A program made the position numbers and the translations under genes. A model generated the notes under the pieces. It had not been told where the DNA came from. It searched no databases and saw only the letters and a list, made by a program, of their open reading frames with translations. A stretch of 64,000 nucleotides of DNA from Cyanobacteria bacterium P01_A01_bin.123. Lineage in GTDB: Bacteria; Cyanobacteriota; Cyanobacteriia; Phormidesmidales; Phormidesmidaceae. Positions 10,387 to 20,406 of this stretch are shown one piece after another. The stretch spans positions 96,001 to 160,000 of the forward strand of contig JBCBZT010000007.1 in NCBI GenBank assembly GCA_039815185.1, read 5' to 3'. Each line of letters opens with the position of its first letter. Position 1 is the stretch's first letter.

Positions 10387-10515
10387 CTAAGATCGATTGC
10401 GATCGCGGCGGGATGTCCAGGGCCATCGGGTTCCCATTTCAGTCAGGGCTGAGCAGATTAAATAGACAATTAGCAGCCCTACTCCGATGAGAAAAGGCAT
10501 CAGGTCGTTTGGCAT
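10387..10515 (-). CDS. putative 42-aa single-TM small protein
   Basis: MPNDLMPFLIGVGLLIVYLICSALTEMGTRWPW...; ATG at 10515 avoids overlap with the next gene. Confidence 0.5.
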   Translation of the reverse strand: MPNDLMPFLIGVGLLIVYLICSALTEMGTRWPWTSRRDRNRS

Positions 10516-10606
10516 TGTGTTTATATTGGGCAGGTGATCTAAGACAGGTCTGATAGGCTTAGCTATTAATTCAACCTTGAACTCACATTTCAACCTTCCG
10601 TTGTCT

Positions 10607-12370
10607 ATGCCTTTATTGTCTACTCCCTTGTTACTGACACCCAAGGTGTTTCACGCTGCAGCTGCCCCGCTCCTTTGTGCTTTGTTGATTGTTGGCTGTG
10701 GTTCGGGTCAGCAAAATGTAACGGACGCCACCCCAGAGGTTAGCGCTGATAGCCAGGACACCACGCTGAAACTGCTATATTGGCAGGCACCGACGATTTT
10801 AAATCCCCACCTCACCAGCGGGTTCAAAGATTCTGAAGCCAGCCGCATCACCTTAGAACCCCTAGCCAGCTTTGATTCGGAGGGAGACATTGAACTGTTT
10901 TTGGCCGCAGAGGAACCCACGTTAGAAAACGGCGGATTGTCTGAAGACGGTAAATCAGTCACCTGGAAGCTGAGGCAGGATATCACCTGGTCAGACGGAA
11001 CGCCCTTCACGGCTGAGGATGTGGTCTTTACCTACGAATTTATTAGCAATCCAGAAGTTGGAACGACTACGGCGGGCAGCTATGAAGTTGTGGAAGTTGT
11101 AGAAGCTCTAGACGAACACACGGTGAAAGTCACCTTTCAAGACGTCAACCCTGCCTGGTATCTAGTATTCATGGGTACTGAGGGCATGATTTTGCCCAAA
11201 CATCTCTATCAGGATTATCTGGGGGCAAATGCTCGCGAAGCGCCCGCAAATCTGATGCCTGTGGGTACTGGGCCGTATCGTGTAACGGAGTTTAAACCTG
11301 GAGATACGGTAATTTATGAAGCCAATCCTGATTATCGTGACGCAGCGGATCTTTTCTTTCAGCGAGTGGAGTTGAAAGGTGGAGGTGATGCCACGTCGGC
11401 AGCGCGGGCAGTGTTGCAAACAGGCGATGCTGATTTTGCCTACAACATTCAGGTAGAAGCCCCGGTGCTGAAGCAGCTTGAATCGGCAGGGCAGGGGCAA
11501 GTGCTGACGGCATTTGGATCTCTGGCCGAACGCATTGTGTTGAATTTTACTGACCCGAATCAAGAAACTTCAGAGGGTGAGCGATCTAGCCTGGCGTTTC
11601 CCCATCCTTTTTTTAGCGATATTCAGGTGAGACAGGCGTTTAACCTGGCGATCGATCGCGAGACCATTACAGAACAGCTATATGGCTCTGCGGGACAAGC
11701 CACGGCTGATTTCTTAGTTGCCCCCGATCAATTTCGGTCTACGAATACTGACTATCAGTTTGACTTAGATCTGGCGGCAGAACTGTTGAATAAAGCGGGT
11801 TGGGTGGATACGGATGGTAACGGTATTCGCGATCAAGATGGGGTAGAAATGAGCGTGGTATTTCAAACCTCCGTGAATCCGGTACGGCAAAAGACTCAGG
11901 AAATCATTAAACAGTCCTTGGAATCCATTGGCGTTGAAGTCGAACTCAGAAGCATTGATCCCACCATTTATTTTTCTGGAGATCCAGCCAGTACAGAAAC
12001 GGTGGAGCATTTCTACGCCGACATGCAGATGTTCATGACGGGTAACACCAACCCTGACCCGAGCGCTTATATGAAAGCCTATACCTGCGATGAGGCTACT
12101 CAGAAGGCCAACAACTGGTCAAAGCAAAACTATGCTCGCTACTGTAATCCGGTGTACGACGATTTGTGGCTCCGATCCACGACAGAACTCGATCCTGACA
12201 AGCGCGCTGATTTATTTGTTCAAATGAACGACTTGTTGGTTCAAGAAGCAGTTGTGCTGCCTATCGTTCATCGGGCCGATGTTGATGCCGTTAGCGATCG
12301 CCTCACAGGCGTCATCACCACCCCTTGGGATCTACATACCTGGAAGATTGGAGAATGGGCCAGACCGTGA
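10607..12370 (+). CDS. peptide/nickel ABC transporter substrate-binding lipoprotein (family 5)
   Basis: Lipobox LIVGC, 'WSDGTPFTAEDVVFT', 'PVGTGPY', 'VRQAFNLAIDR'; start uncertain. Confidence 0.92.
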   Translation: MPLLSTPLLLTPKVFHAAAAPLLCALLIVGCGSGQQNVTDATPEVSADSQDTTLKLLYWQAPTILNPHLTSGFKDSEASRITLEPLASFDSEGDIELFLAAEEPTLENGGLSEDGKSVTWKLRQDITWSDGTPFTAEDVVFTYEFISNPEVGTTTAGSYEVVEVVEALDEHTVKVTFQDVNPAWYLVFMGTEGMILPKHLYQDYLGANAREAPANLMPVGTGPYRVTEFKPGDTVIYEANPDYRDAADLFFQRVELKGGGDATSAARAVLQTGDADFAYNIQVEAPVLKQLESAGQGQVLTAFGSLAERIVLNFTDPNQETSEGERSSLAFPHPFFSDIQVRQAFNLAIDRETITEQLYGSAGQATADFLVAPDQFRSTNTDYQFDLDLAAELLNKAGWVDTDGNGIRDQDGVEMSVVFQTSVNPVRQKTQEIIKQSLESIGVEVELRSIDPTIYFSGDPASTETVEHFYADMQMFMTGNTNPDPSAYMKAYTCDEATQKANNWSKQNYARYCNPVYDDLWLRSTTELDPDKRADLFVQMNDLLVQEAVVLPIVHRADVDAVSDRLTGVITTPWDLHTWKIGEWARP

Positions 12371-12385
12371 TGATACTTGGTCCCT

Positions 12386-15300
12386 TCACTGAATCACGCG
12401 CGTGCCCAAGTGAGCAATCAATGGCTCTTCTAACTGCTGCTGCTTACCCGCAAGCAAGGTGTCTAAGTGCTGGGCTAACCGTTCTGCTTGATCTGGGTTG
12501 GGCACATAGGTCTGTCCGCCCTGTTTTGTAAATAAGGGCTGACTGACTAAGGAGCGATACAACTCTATTTCTGCAGGGGAGGCGCTGAGCAAGGCTTGAT
12601 CGGCCTCTGTGGGCACCATGCCAGGTGGTAGGTGGCCTTCGAGTAAGGCCAGCAGATGCATTTGGCATGCTTGAGTATTCAGACCTTGTTGTTCCAAACG
12701 ATGCATGATGCCGCTCACGGGCAAGGGCATTTCAGGCAGATGACGCAGCAGTTCCCGCAGGAGAAAATAATCGCTGTACTGCTGGCGGGTAATGTCAAGT
12801 ACGTTAGGATAGCGAGCTAGATTTACCAACCCGTAGGCTACGCGGCTACAGCTGGCTGGGCGATCGCTAGGATAGGTATCTTGAATAATGGTGGCGTTGG
12901 GGAATTTTTGTCGTAGCCAGCGGGCAAAAGCCGGTAATGAAGCCGAGCCGCCAGTGCAAATGACTTGATTGATGCCCTGGGCTGACAACCCAGTTTTGGT
13001 CAACAGCATATTGATATGGCGATTAACGTGTTGAATGTAGGGCAAAAAGATCTGGCTTTCTAATTCGCGTCGTCGAATGGTCCAACGCTGATTTCCGAGT
13101 TCGAGCTGAAACTGGCCTTGATGCTGCAAAATCAGCTTCAGGTAGCGGGCCGCCTCCATCAGACTTTGACCTAGTAGGGATCCTTCGAGGTGCTGTTGGA
13201 GTTGCCGCCGCCGAATTAAGTCGGGTTCACCGGCTCTAGGCAGAGTCAAATTCTCAAGCTGGAGACTGTCCCAATCTGCCTCTGTAATTGTGGGTAGGTT
13301 GGGTTGCCAATTCCAGCCCCCTGAAGCGTAGCGGTTGAAGGGGTTGGGGGGGGTATCTCCTCGACCATTACCAGTTTGACGATTGCCTGCAGGCAATAGC
13401 AGTTGGCAGATGATGTCTTGGTCAATGGCATCCCCAGCATAGTTAAGCGTTTTGAGGGCAAAGTCTGAATAGGCTAGGGTACTGAGTTGATTAGGCAAGT
13501 CAACTAAGGCAAGTTCGGTCAGCGTTGCCCCGGCACAAATTACGACCGTACCTCCCTGCCAATTGGAGTTGTAGAGGGCTTGTTGACGCGCTGGGCTAGT
13601 GGATGCTTCTGCCTCGACCTTGGCTGGATTGGGTAGCCCAGAGAGTACCGTCGCGATCGCCTCCTCAATAAAAAAGATTTGATCGGGTTGGGTCACCAGC
13701 CCTGTGGCCAAAATTGCCTCGCGCAGATTGAACCCATAGGTGTCGGGCCAGTTAGGTGGATACCCCACAATAACGCCAGTCAGCTGTTGCAGAACCATTC
13801 GCAGGGGCATTGCCTCTAACCCCAGAGCGGCACAGGTATTGGGAGTTTGTAGGTTTTGCAATAAATCGCTGAGCCCGGCTTGGACAAGCTGTAACGAAAT
13901 CTGATGCTCAGGCGACCATTGCACGGTTGGCTGCCAATCGCTACTACTGCTTGACCGATGGGGAATGCCAACCTTGAGCAGCGGTTTTAGCTGCCGCAGA
14001 AGCAACCCGCCAGAGGCCATTTCTGTCGCAGGTTGAGCACTGCGCTGCCAAGCGGTCTGAATCGCGGCCAGCCCCGAGGCTTGAATCTGCCACTGGCTTG
14101 ATGATTGCGCTTGGGCTGGTGTCAAGTCAACAATGGCAGGCAATCGGAAAATTCGCTCTGGGGCATCTGCCTCTGGGCTTAGGTTGTGCCAGTATATCGG
14201 ATACACTTCATCGGTCACCTGATCAAGCAACACCACTGATAGCCCCGTCGTACCAAAATCAATGCCTAAAAACCAGGCATGGTTTGGATCAACAGTCCGA
14301 GCCAGAGGCGCAGGCGGTTCCGCGATCGCGGGTTCCATGGTACTTTCAGTTGCCGCTGCGATTGCCTCCACGGGCAGGTCTAGTCCTTCAGGGGCAGCTA
14401 CGCCAATGTCCATCGCGTTGGGCGCTGCTTCTGGGGAAAGTAGAGAATCCGTTTCTGTTGGAATGGTGTCTTCTACTTCTGGTAAATCCAGGGGAGGGTT
14501 GCCAACTTCAGGCAGGGGCGTTCTTAACTCAGGCGCGAGTTCAGCGTCATCTAAAGCTGCTGGCGGTGTAAGGTCAAGGTCAGTGGTTTGAGACGGATCG
14601 GGTGAGTTGTTCCCCAATTCAATTGGTTCGAATTCGATCGGTTCGTCTGTTGCTAAGGTATCGCCCAAGGGAGCGATGTCAATATCTTCGATTTCGATGT
14701 CTTCAATTTCAATATCTTCGATCTCAAACTCAATCGTCGGACTGGTAAGGTCGCTAAAGTCAGGGTCTGGCAAATCGGTGAAGGGACTTGTCAGTGTGTC
14801 CTCGTCGAGCGATAGATCCTCAAAATCTAGATTATCTAGGCTGGGTGTCGTGGGCGGAGCAATGTCTGTAGTCTCAAGCTCAGAAACAGACTGATTGGCC
14901 TCGTTAAAATCAGGCAAATCTGTGGGTGGAGGGGCTACATCAGGTGGATTGACTTCAACCGTTTCAAGATCCGTCAGAGCTTCAAAGTCAGGCAGATTTA
15001 ATTCAGTGGTGGCAGACTGATCCGTATCATCAAAGTCAAGCAAGCTCTGATCAGCATCCGTCGATTGATCGATTTCATTCTGGTCAAAGTCAGGCAGGGT
15101 TAATTCAGGGAGCTCAGCTAGTAAATCATCTGCATTAGGCTCTGTAGATAGTCCCTCAGACCCCACGGAGAGTTCTTGGGCTAGTTCTGCTGGTAACTCC
15201 AGATCAGTGGAGAAATCGGCCATGACATCGTCAGGAATGGTAGGTTCAATGACCTGCTCATCTAGATCGTCTGACGGCATGATGTCGAGGTCTGAGGTAT

Positions 15301-18300
15301 CTCCCAAAGACTCAAGGGAAAAGGCTGGCGCTTCACCCGTATCGTCTAGTGGACTGTCGAGATCTGGGTTCTCTTCCAAAGACTCAAGGGAAAAGTCTGA
15401 CACTTCATCGGCATTGTCTGATGGAATGGTGTCGAGATCTGGGGTGTCTTCCAAAGACTCAAGGGAAAAATCTGACGCCTCATTTGTGTCGTCTGGTGGA
15501 AGGTCGTCTGGTGGAATAAGGTCGAGATCTGAGATGTTTTCTAAAGACTCAAAGGAAAAGTCTGGCGCTTCATCTGTGTCGTCCGGTGGAATAACGTTGA
15601 GATCTGTATTCTCTTCCAAAGCCTCAAGAGAAAAGTCTGACGCTTCATCGGCATTATCTGATGGAATGATGTCGAGATCCGGGGTGCCTTCCAAAGCCTC
15701 AAAGGAAAAGTCTGGCGCTTCATCTGTGTCGTTCGGTGGAATAACGTCGAGATCTGTATTCTCTTCCAAAGCCTCAAGGGAAAAGTCTAACGCTTCATCT
15801 GTGTTGTCTGATGGAAGGTTGTCTGGTGGAATAATGTCGAGATCTATGTTCTCTTCCAAAGACTCAAAGGAAAAGTCTGGGGCTGTTCTTTCCTCAGGTG
15901 AGATATCATCTGACTCACTGGCAGCAGGCTGCTCGGAGATACTGATGGGGTCATCTAGACCTACAGACTCGATGGTTTCTGATGCACCATCGGCACCAAA
16001 GGGATCAAGATTATCGAGATCAAGATTATCCAGAAGATTCGTGATTTCTGCCTCGGACTGCTCATCCGTATCTGACGGGCGATCGCTATCAGCCAAATCA
16101 AGATCGGGTAGGGTAAAGTCGCTGTCGTCTAACCCCTCTAGGGATAAATCGGGCAGATCATTGGCATCCCCTACAGAATCGGGCTCTAAAGTTTCTTCAT
16201 CAGTGTCGTTACCCTCTGTGTCAGAGGCTTCTGCGTCAATTAACGCTTGAAGCGTCAAGCCTTCTGATTCAAGGGGGAATGATGATGCCTCTACTGGCGC
16301 TTCTGTCGTTAACGCATCTAACAAATTGGCGACATTGTCTTCAGTAGAGATCGATGGATCATCAGTGGAGTCTGACTCAAAAGCTGCTTCCTGAGATACT
16401 TCAACTTCCGAGATTTCTGGTTCGATTAGGGCTGAAGATCCAGTTTCGAGTAAATCTGGCTCAAAATCCTCAAAATCTAAGAGATCGGCTGCTGCGGGAA
16501 TTTCATCAGGTACTTCAGACTCGGTATCAGGGATCAAATCACCGAGATTGAAGGGCTGATCGCTTGCTTCGATAGCGCTGGGTTCAGTGAGGTCAGCTAG
16601 CAAATCACCCCCTTCATCTGCTAGGGGTGATGCCAAATCTGTCTCAGCGTCTGTTTCGATTGGCAAATTGTCTAGGCTAAAAGACTCATCAATCTCTTCG
16701 GACGGAACCTCTACATCAGTGTCTGAAAGTGCCGCTTCTGAATCAGTTAAATCTGAAAGCGTCCAGGTTGCTTCATTGGATTCTACGCCGAGGGTTTCAG
16801 ACACCAAGGTTTCTGATGTGAGTGCCTCTGGTTCTAATGTACCGGGTTGCACTGTTTCTTGGCGAGCTTCTGGAACGGCGATGGCGTTATCGTCCCCATC
16901 ATCATTATTCTCAAAGTCGACTGGGGGCGCTTCACTAGAACTATCGGTAATCCCGCCCTCATCGTCAAATTCGAGTAGATCACTGTCGAGGTTGGCTAAG
17001 TTTTCTGCAATCGGATCATCGGTAAAACGCTCTTCTTCTAAAGACTCCAGTGGATGGTTATTAAGGTCTACTAAAGGTTCCTCTGAAGACTGAGCTGGCT
17101 CAACTGCTTCATCGGTAGGCTGAGGTGCTTCAAAAGTTTCACCCAAAACGTCGGCGTCGGTGTCTAATGGGTCAACAACAGGCGGCTCAGTTGGTAAGCC
17201 TAACCCTTCAAATCCTGGTTGCTCTAATTCTTCTAACCCTTCTAAACCCAATAGATCTTCGTTTAGAGCCTGTAATACTGACTCATCAAGGGAAATATTG
17301 AGATCAACATTCTCGTCATCATTGGAAATTGCATCATCCGAGAGCAACCGTTCTTCTGGTGGCGCAGGAATGAACCCTTCTTCCGTCCAAGATTCTTCGC
17401 TGGGATCTGTGGATAGTTCAGTGTCTAAAGCATCTAGCAGTTCCGTCGCTGAGAGCAAACGGTTGCCGGAGTCTGCATCCGCATTTTCTGGGAGTAAGTC
17501 GGTCAATGATTCGATGACCTCCGAAGGTGGAGGTACGGTTTCATCGAGGGGCGTATCTGCCCCAGCCTCGCCGAAGAAAGAGTCTATCCCTGTGGTTTCA
17601 AGGGGCGTCTCGATGTTCGCCTCAGCGGATGCGCTCTCAGTGACAGGGGCTTCTTCTGCTTGAACACCGTCGAATAAAAGGGTATCCAATGCGGGAGGAG
17701 AGACTAATTCATTGTTTATTGCGCTAGAATCATCGATTTTGATTTCTGCAGCTTCAATTTCCGCCGTTTCCAAGGAGGGCTCTAATGGCGCATCATCCTC
17801 CTCAGAGTCTGAATTTTCAACCAGGGGCAGTCTCAAATCATCGGTTTCGACTCCCAGGGTTTGGGTATCCGTTAGATCTGATGGGTCGGAGTCTGGGAAT
17901 AGGGTTTCATCGCTCGCTTCAGCGGTACTCGGGATATTCGAGCTGCTATCTTCTGCTACAGAATCATCGGTGGGCTGAGTTTGAGGGTTAGGTGCGATCG
18001 CCGATGGGCCAAATAAACTTTCATAGAACGCATCAATATCTTCAGTTTGTTGGGCATCCCTAATGTCCGGGGGAGTCCCGATTTCGATGACGGTTTCGTC
18101 GTCGTCATCTTGATTCAGCAACGACAGAAGTGTGTCGTCCTGTTCCGCTTTTGCAGTCTCGTCACTGCTTTGACGGACGACGCCTTCATCGCTCACTTGG
18201 AAAACGGTAATGTCTTCGTCATCATCGAGCTGAAACTGGGTGATTTCTTCATCGAGTTGAAGCAACGTCATGTCTTCAGTCTCGATGTCAGCATCAAGGT

Positions 18301-19255
18301 CAAGGTTATCAAGGTTGAGCCCTACTTCATGCGCTGCAGGTCCAGCCATAGCGTTATCGCTAACCTCAGCCTCAGCCCCGTAAGCTTGAGGTTGGGCCGC
18401 CGAGAGCGCGGCCTGCTCTTCCTGAGAGAGACGGTTGGCTTCTATATGGGCAGAGGCGTCTTGGCTCAACTGTTGAGCCAAGTGGTTAATCAAGGCTGTA
18501 AAGATAACTTCTCCTTGTTGACCGAGGTCATGCATCTTATCAAGACCTTGAACCAAGGAGTCTTGGTAGCTTTCAATGCTGCTTTGTAGCGATTCAAAGA
18601 CAACGCGGAGGGTTGAATCTAGCTTTAACAACAGTTGATCGGATTGGGACTGAAGCGCTTCAAACTGCTTCAAGCGGTTGGCTGGACTCAGCCGCGGTGT
18701 ATCGGATGTGACGCTATCGCTTGTCCCTTGGAGCAGATACGCATTAGCACTGTCAGACTCTAGCTGAGTCAGGGTTTGTCGAATTTGTTCCGACAAAGTC
18801 GCTTGCAATCGCTCCATCAACTCTTGCATCAAATCTGCGGCGGGTTGTGGGGATAGACTGCTTTGCTGCTGGAACTGCTGAATTTCCAAGGCTTTGACGT
18901 CTTGCAACAGTTGGTCACGTTGTTGTTGCAGAGAACTAACCTCGGTGCGCATGGGTTGAACTAGCTGAGTGCGGAGATAGGTCATCTCTTGCAGCACGGC
19001 CTGCAACACTTGCTGTGCTGATTCCGTTGGGGTTTGTCTAGAGTCTCCAAGCCCTCCGCTGGCATCTGTGCCAAACGCTAAAGGTGCCTCCATCATCTGC
19101 TGGACAGACACTAAATAGCTGCGGGTCTTCTCCAGCAATTGGCGCTGCTGGTTGACTTCACCAGAAACCACCCATGGCAAACGGGGGCTGGCTTTGTTGA
19201 GCGCAGTATCAATTTCAGCAATCAGGTTTTGAATCTGGGTCTTCTGAGAAGTCAC
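12386..19255 (-). CDS. giant protein: N-terminal coiled coil, ~1300-aa acidic disordered/repeat linker, C-terminal Hsp70/actin-like domain
   Basis: 'WFLGIDFGTTG', 'FIEEAIAT', 'YAGDAIDQDI', 'VICTGGSA', 'VAYGL' follow the order of Hsp70-superfamily motifs. Confidence 0.8.
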   Translation of the reverse strand: MTSQKTQIQNLIAEIDTALNKASPRLPWVVSGEVNQQRQLLEKTRSYLVSVQQMMEAPLAFGTDASGGLGDSRQTPTESAQQVLQAVLQEMTYLRTQLVQPMRTEVSSLQQQRDQLLQDVKALEIQQFQQQSSLSPQPAADLMQELMERLQATLSEQIRQTLTQLESDSANAYLLQGTSDSVTSDTPRLSPANRLKQFEALQSQSDQLLLKLDSTLRVVFESLQSSIESYQDSLVQGLDKMHDLGQQGEVIFTALINHLAQQLSQDASAHIEANRLSQEEQAALSAAQPQAYGAEAEVSDNAMAGPAAHEVGLNLDNLDLDADIETEDMTLLQLDEEITQFQLDDDEDITVFQVSDEGVVRQSSDETAKAEQDDTLLSLLNQDDDDETVIEIGTPPDIRDAQQTEDIDAFYESLFGPSAIAPNPQTQPTDDSVAEDSSSNIPSTAEASDETLFPDSDPSDLTDTQTLGVETDDLRLPLVENSDSEEDDAPLEPSLETAEIEAAEIKIDDSSAINNELVSPPALDTLLFDGVQAEEAPVTESASAEANIETPLETTGIDSFFGEAGADTPLDETVPPPSEVIESLTDLLPENADADSGNRLLSATELLDALDTELSTDPSEESWTEEGFIPAPPEERLLSDDAISNDDENVDLNISLDESVLQALNEDLLGLEGLEELEQPGFEGLGLPTEPPVVDPLDTDADVLGETFEAPQPTDEAVEPAQSSEEPLVDLNNHPLESLEEERFTDDPIAENLANLDSDLLEFDDEGGITDSSSEAPPVDFENNDDGDDNAIAVPEARQETVQPGTLEPEALTSETLVSETLGVESNEATWTLSDLTDSEAALSDTDVEVPSEEIDESFSLDNLPIETDAETDLASPLADEGGDLLADLTEPSAIEASDQPFNLGDLIPDTESEVPDEIPAAADLLDFEDFEPDLLETGSSALIEPEISEVEVSQEAAFESDSTDDPSISTEDNVANLLDALTTEAPVEASSFPLESEGLTLQALIDAEASDTEGNDTDEETLEPDSVGDANDLPDLSLEGLDDSDFTLPDLDLADSDRPSDTDEQSEAEITNLLDNLDLDNLDPFGADGASETIESVGLDDPISISEQPAASESDDISPEERTAPDFSFESLEENIDLDIIPPDNLPSDNTDEALDFSLEALEENTDLDVIPPNDTDEAPDFSFEALEGTPDLDIIPSDNADEASDFSLEALEENTDLNVIPPDDTDEAPDFSFESLENISDLDLIPPDDLPPDDTNEASDFSLESLEDTPDLDTIPSDNADEVSDFSLESLEENPDLDSPLDDTGEAPAFSLESLGDTSDLDIMPSDDLDEQVIEPTIPDDVMADFSTDLELPAELAQELSVGSEGLSTEPNADDLLAELPELTLPDFDQNEIDQSTDADQSLLDFDDTDQSATTELNLPDFEALTDLETVEVNPPDVAPPPTDLPDFNEANQSVSELETTDIAPPTTPSLDNLDFEDLSLDEDTLTSPFTDLPDPDFSDLTSPTIEFEIEDIEIEDIEIEDIDIAPLGDTLATDEPIEFEPIELGNNSPDPSQTTDLDLTPPAALDDAELAPELRTPLPEVGNPPLDLPEVEDTIPTETDSLLSPEAAPNAMDIGVAAPEGLDLPVEAIAAATESTMEPAIAEPPAPLARTVDPNHAWFLGIDFGTTGLSVVLLDQVTDEVYPIYWHNLSPEADAPERIFRLPAIVDLTPAQAQSSSQWQIQASGLAAIQTAWQRSAQPATEMASGGLLLRQLKPLLKVGIPHRSSSSSDWQPTVQWSPEHQISLQLVQAGLSDLLQNLQTPNTCAALGLEAMPLRMVLQQLTGVIVGYPPNWPDTYGFNLREAILATGLVTQPDQIFFIEEAIATVLSGLPNPAKVEAEASTSPARQQALYNSNWQGGTVVICAGATLTELALVDLPNQLSTLAYSDFALKTLNYAGDAIDQDIICQLLLPAGNRQTGNGRGDTPPNPFNRYASGGWNWQPNLPTITEADWDSLQLENLTLPRAGEPDLIRRRQLQQHLEGSLLGQSLMEAARYLKLILQHQGQFQLELGNQRWTIRRRELESQIFLPYIQHVNRHINMLLTKTGLSAQGINQVICTGGSASLPAFARWLRQKFPNATIIQDTYPSDRPASCSRVAYGLVNLARYPNVLDITRQQYSDYFLLRELLRHLPEMPLPVSGIMHRLEQQGLNTQACQMHLLALLEGHLPPGMVPTEADQALLSASPAEIELYRSLVSQPLFTKQGGQTYVPNPDQAERLAQHLDTLLAGKQQQLEEPLIAHLGTRVIQ
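15254..15881 (-). repeat. coding tandem repeat, 8 units of 72-90 bp (24-30 aa)
   Basis: Unit xDFS(L/F)E(S/A)LEEnxDLDxIPxDxTDEA; recurrent 'gactcaagggaaaagtctg' on the plus strand. Confidence 0.9.
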
Positions 19256-19662
19256 GGCGGGAAACCCTGAACAGGAAGGTATATAAGGGCGATCGCGGCC
19301 TTTGGAAGAGGCTAAGGCACTAGTGTATTAGATTGACTACATAATGCCTACTTGCAATCATTTAGGATTCTGTTGCCCAAAGTTTAGGCCAGGCTACGCT
19401 AAAAGTCACAATTAGATAACCCCTCATCCGAATCAATTCTTTGGTGTAACAGTTTATGAAGTTTGTGCTACGTCATTGAGAGAGATGTGGAATTGCTACG
19501 TGCTATATTGATAGCCTCATAGGGGCATACTATCCTATGGTCAAAGGGTTGATGCTATTCATAGTTGATGCCATTTAGGTTTAAGTGGCTGAGTTATGGG
19601 CTGTTATTTAATAGCCCAAGGTCTAGTTCTGCCGTATATTCTCAAGTTTAATCAACACCATT

Positions 19663-20367
19663 ATGGATGTTCGTTACGGCTCACGAGAGAATCAGGTTGA
19701 TAGCGCTTTGATTCGCTCAGCGCCTTTTTTCGCAGAGCTACCTGAAAGTGCCGTAGAACGGGCAACAGCTCAAGTTGTAACCCGCCGTCATCCCGCTAAT
19801 CAGGTGATCTTACTGGAGAATGATTGGGGAAGTTCTGTCTACTTTATTTTGGAAGGTTGGGTCAAAATTCGCACCTATAACCTTGATGGTAAGGAAGTCA
19901 CCCTCAATATCATCGGTAAAGGAGAGCTATTTGGGGAAATGGCCCCCCTTGACGAAGTGCCACGTTCTACAGACGTGATTACCCTAATGCCGACGGTGAT
20001 TGGCAATATGCCTGCCAATGACTTTGTCCATTTGATTCATACTGAGCCCTTATCGGGAATTCGGTTGGCGCAGCTAATGGCTCGTCGACTCCGCCAAGTT
20101 AATCGGCGATTGCGATTGCGAGAATCAGATAGCATGTCGCGGGTCGCTGATATTATTTTGTTTTTGGCTGATGGTCAGGGTATGGTGCGAGAACAGGGAA
20201 TTGAGATTCCCAACTTACCCCATCGAGAGCTAAGTAGCTTAAGCGGTTTGGCACGGGAAACAGTCACTCGGGTTTTGAGTAAGCTTGAAAAGAAAGGCAT
20301 CATCACCCGCGATCGTGATAATTTATGCATTCCCGATATTGATGCGCTAGAACGACTATTGGTGTAG
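19663..20367 (+). CDS. crp: cAMP receptor protein (SyCRP1-like Crp)
   Basis: cNMP pocket 'FGEMA...PRST'; HTH 'LSGLARETVTRVL' with the RE...R recognition helix. Confidence 0.85.
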   Translation: MDVRYGSRENQVDSALIRSAPFFAELPESAVERATAQVVTRRHPANQVILLENDWGSSVYFILEGWVKIRTYNLDGKEVTLNIIGKGELFGEMAPLDEVPRSTDVITLMPTVIGNMPANDFVHLIHTEPLSGIRLAQLMARRLRQVNRRLRLRESDSMSRVADIILFLADGQGMVREQGIEIPNLPHRELSSLSGLARETVTRVLSKLEKKGIITRDRDNLCIPDIDALERLLV

Positions 20368-20406
20368 CCGTTTCTGGCCCCGCTGTTCTGGCCTGTCTGT
20401 GACGAT

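Noticed and set aside
15254..15881. Regularly spaced repeats as a CRISPR array
   Set aside because: Repeats are degenerate, in frame within a CDS, with no unique spacers or cas genes
14098..18589. Long Ser-rich plus-strand ORFs (e.g. 15207-16250)
   Set aside because: Antisense shadows of the acidic low-complexity CDS
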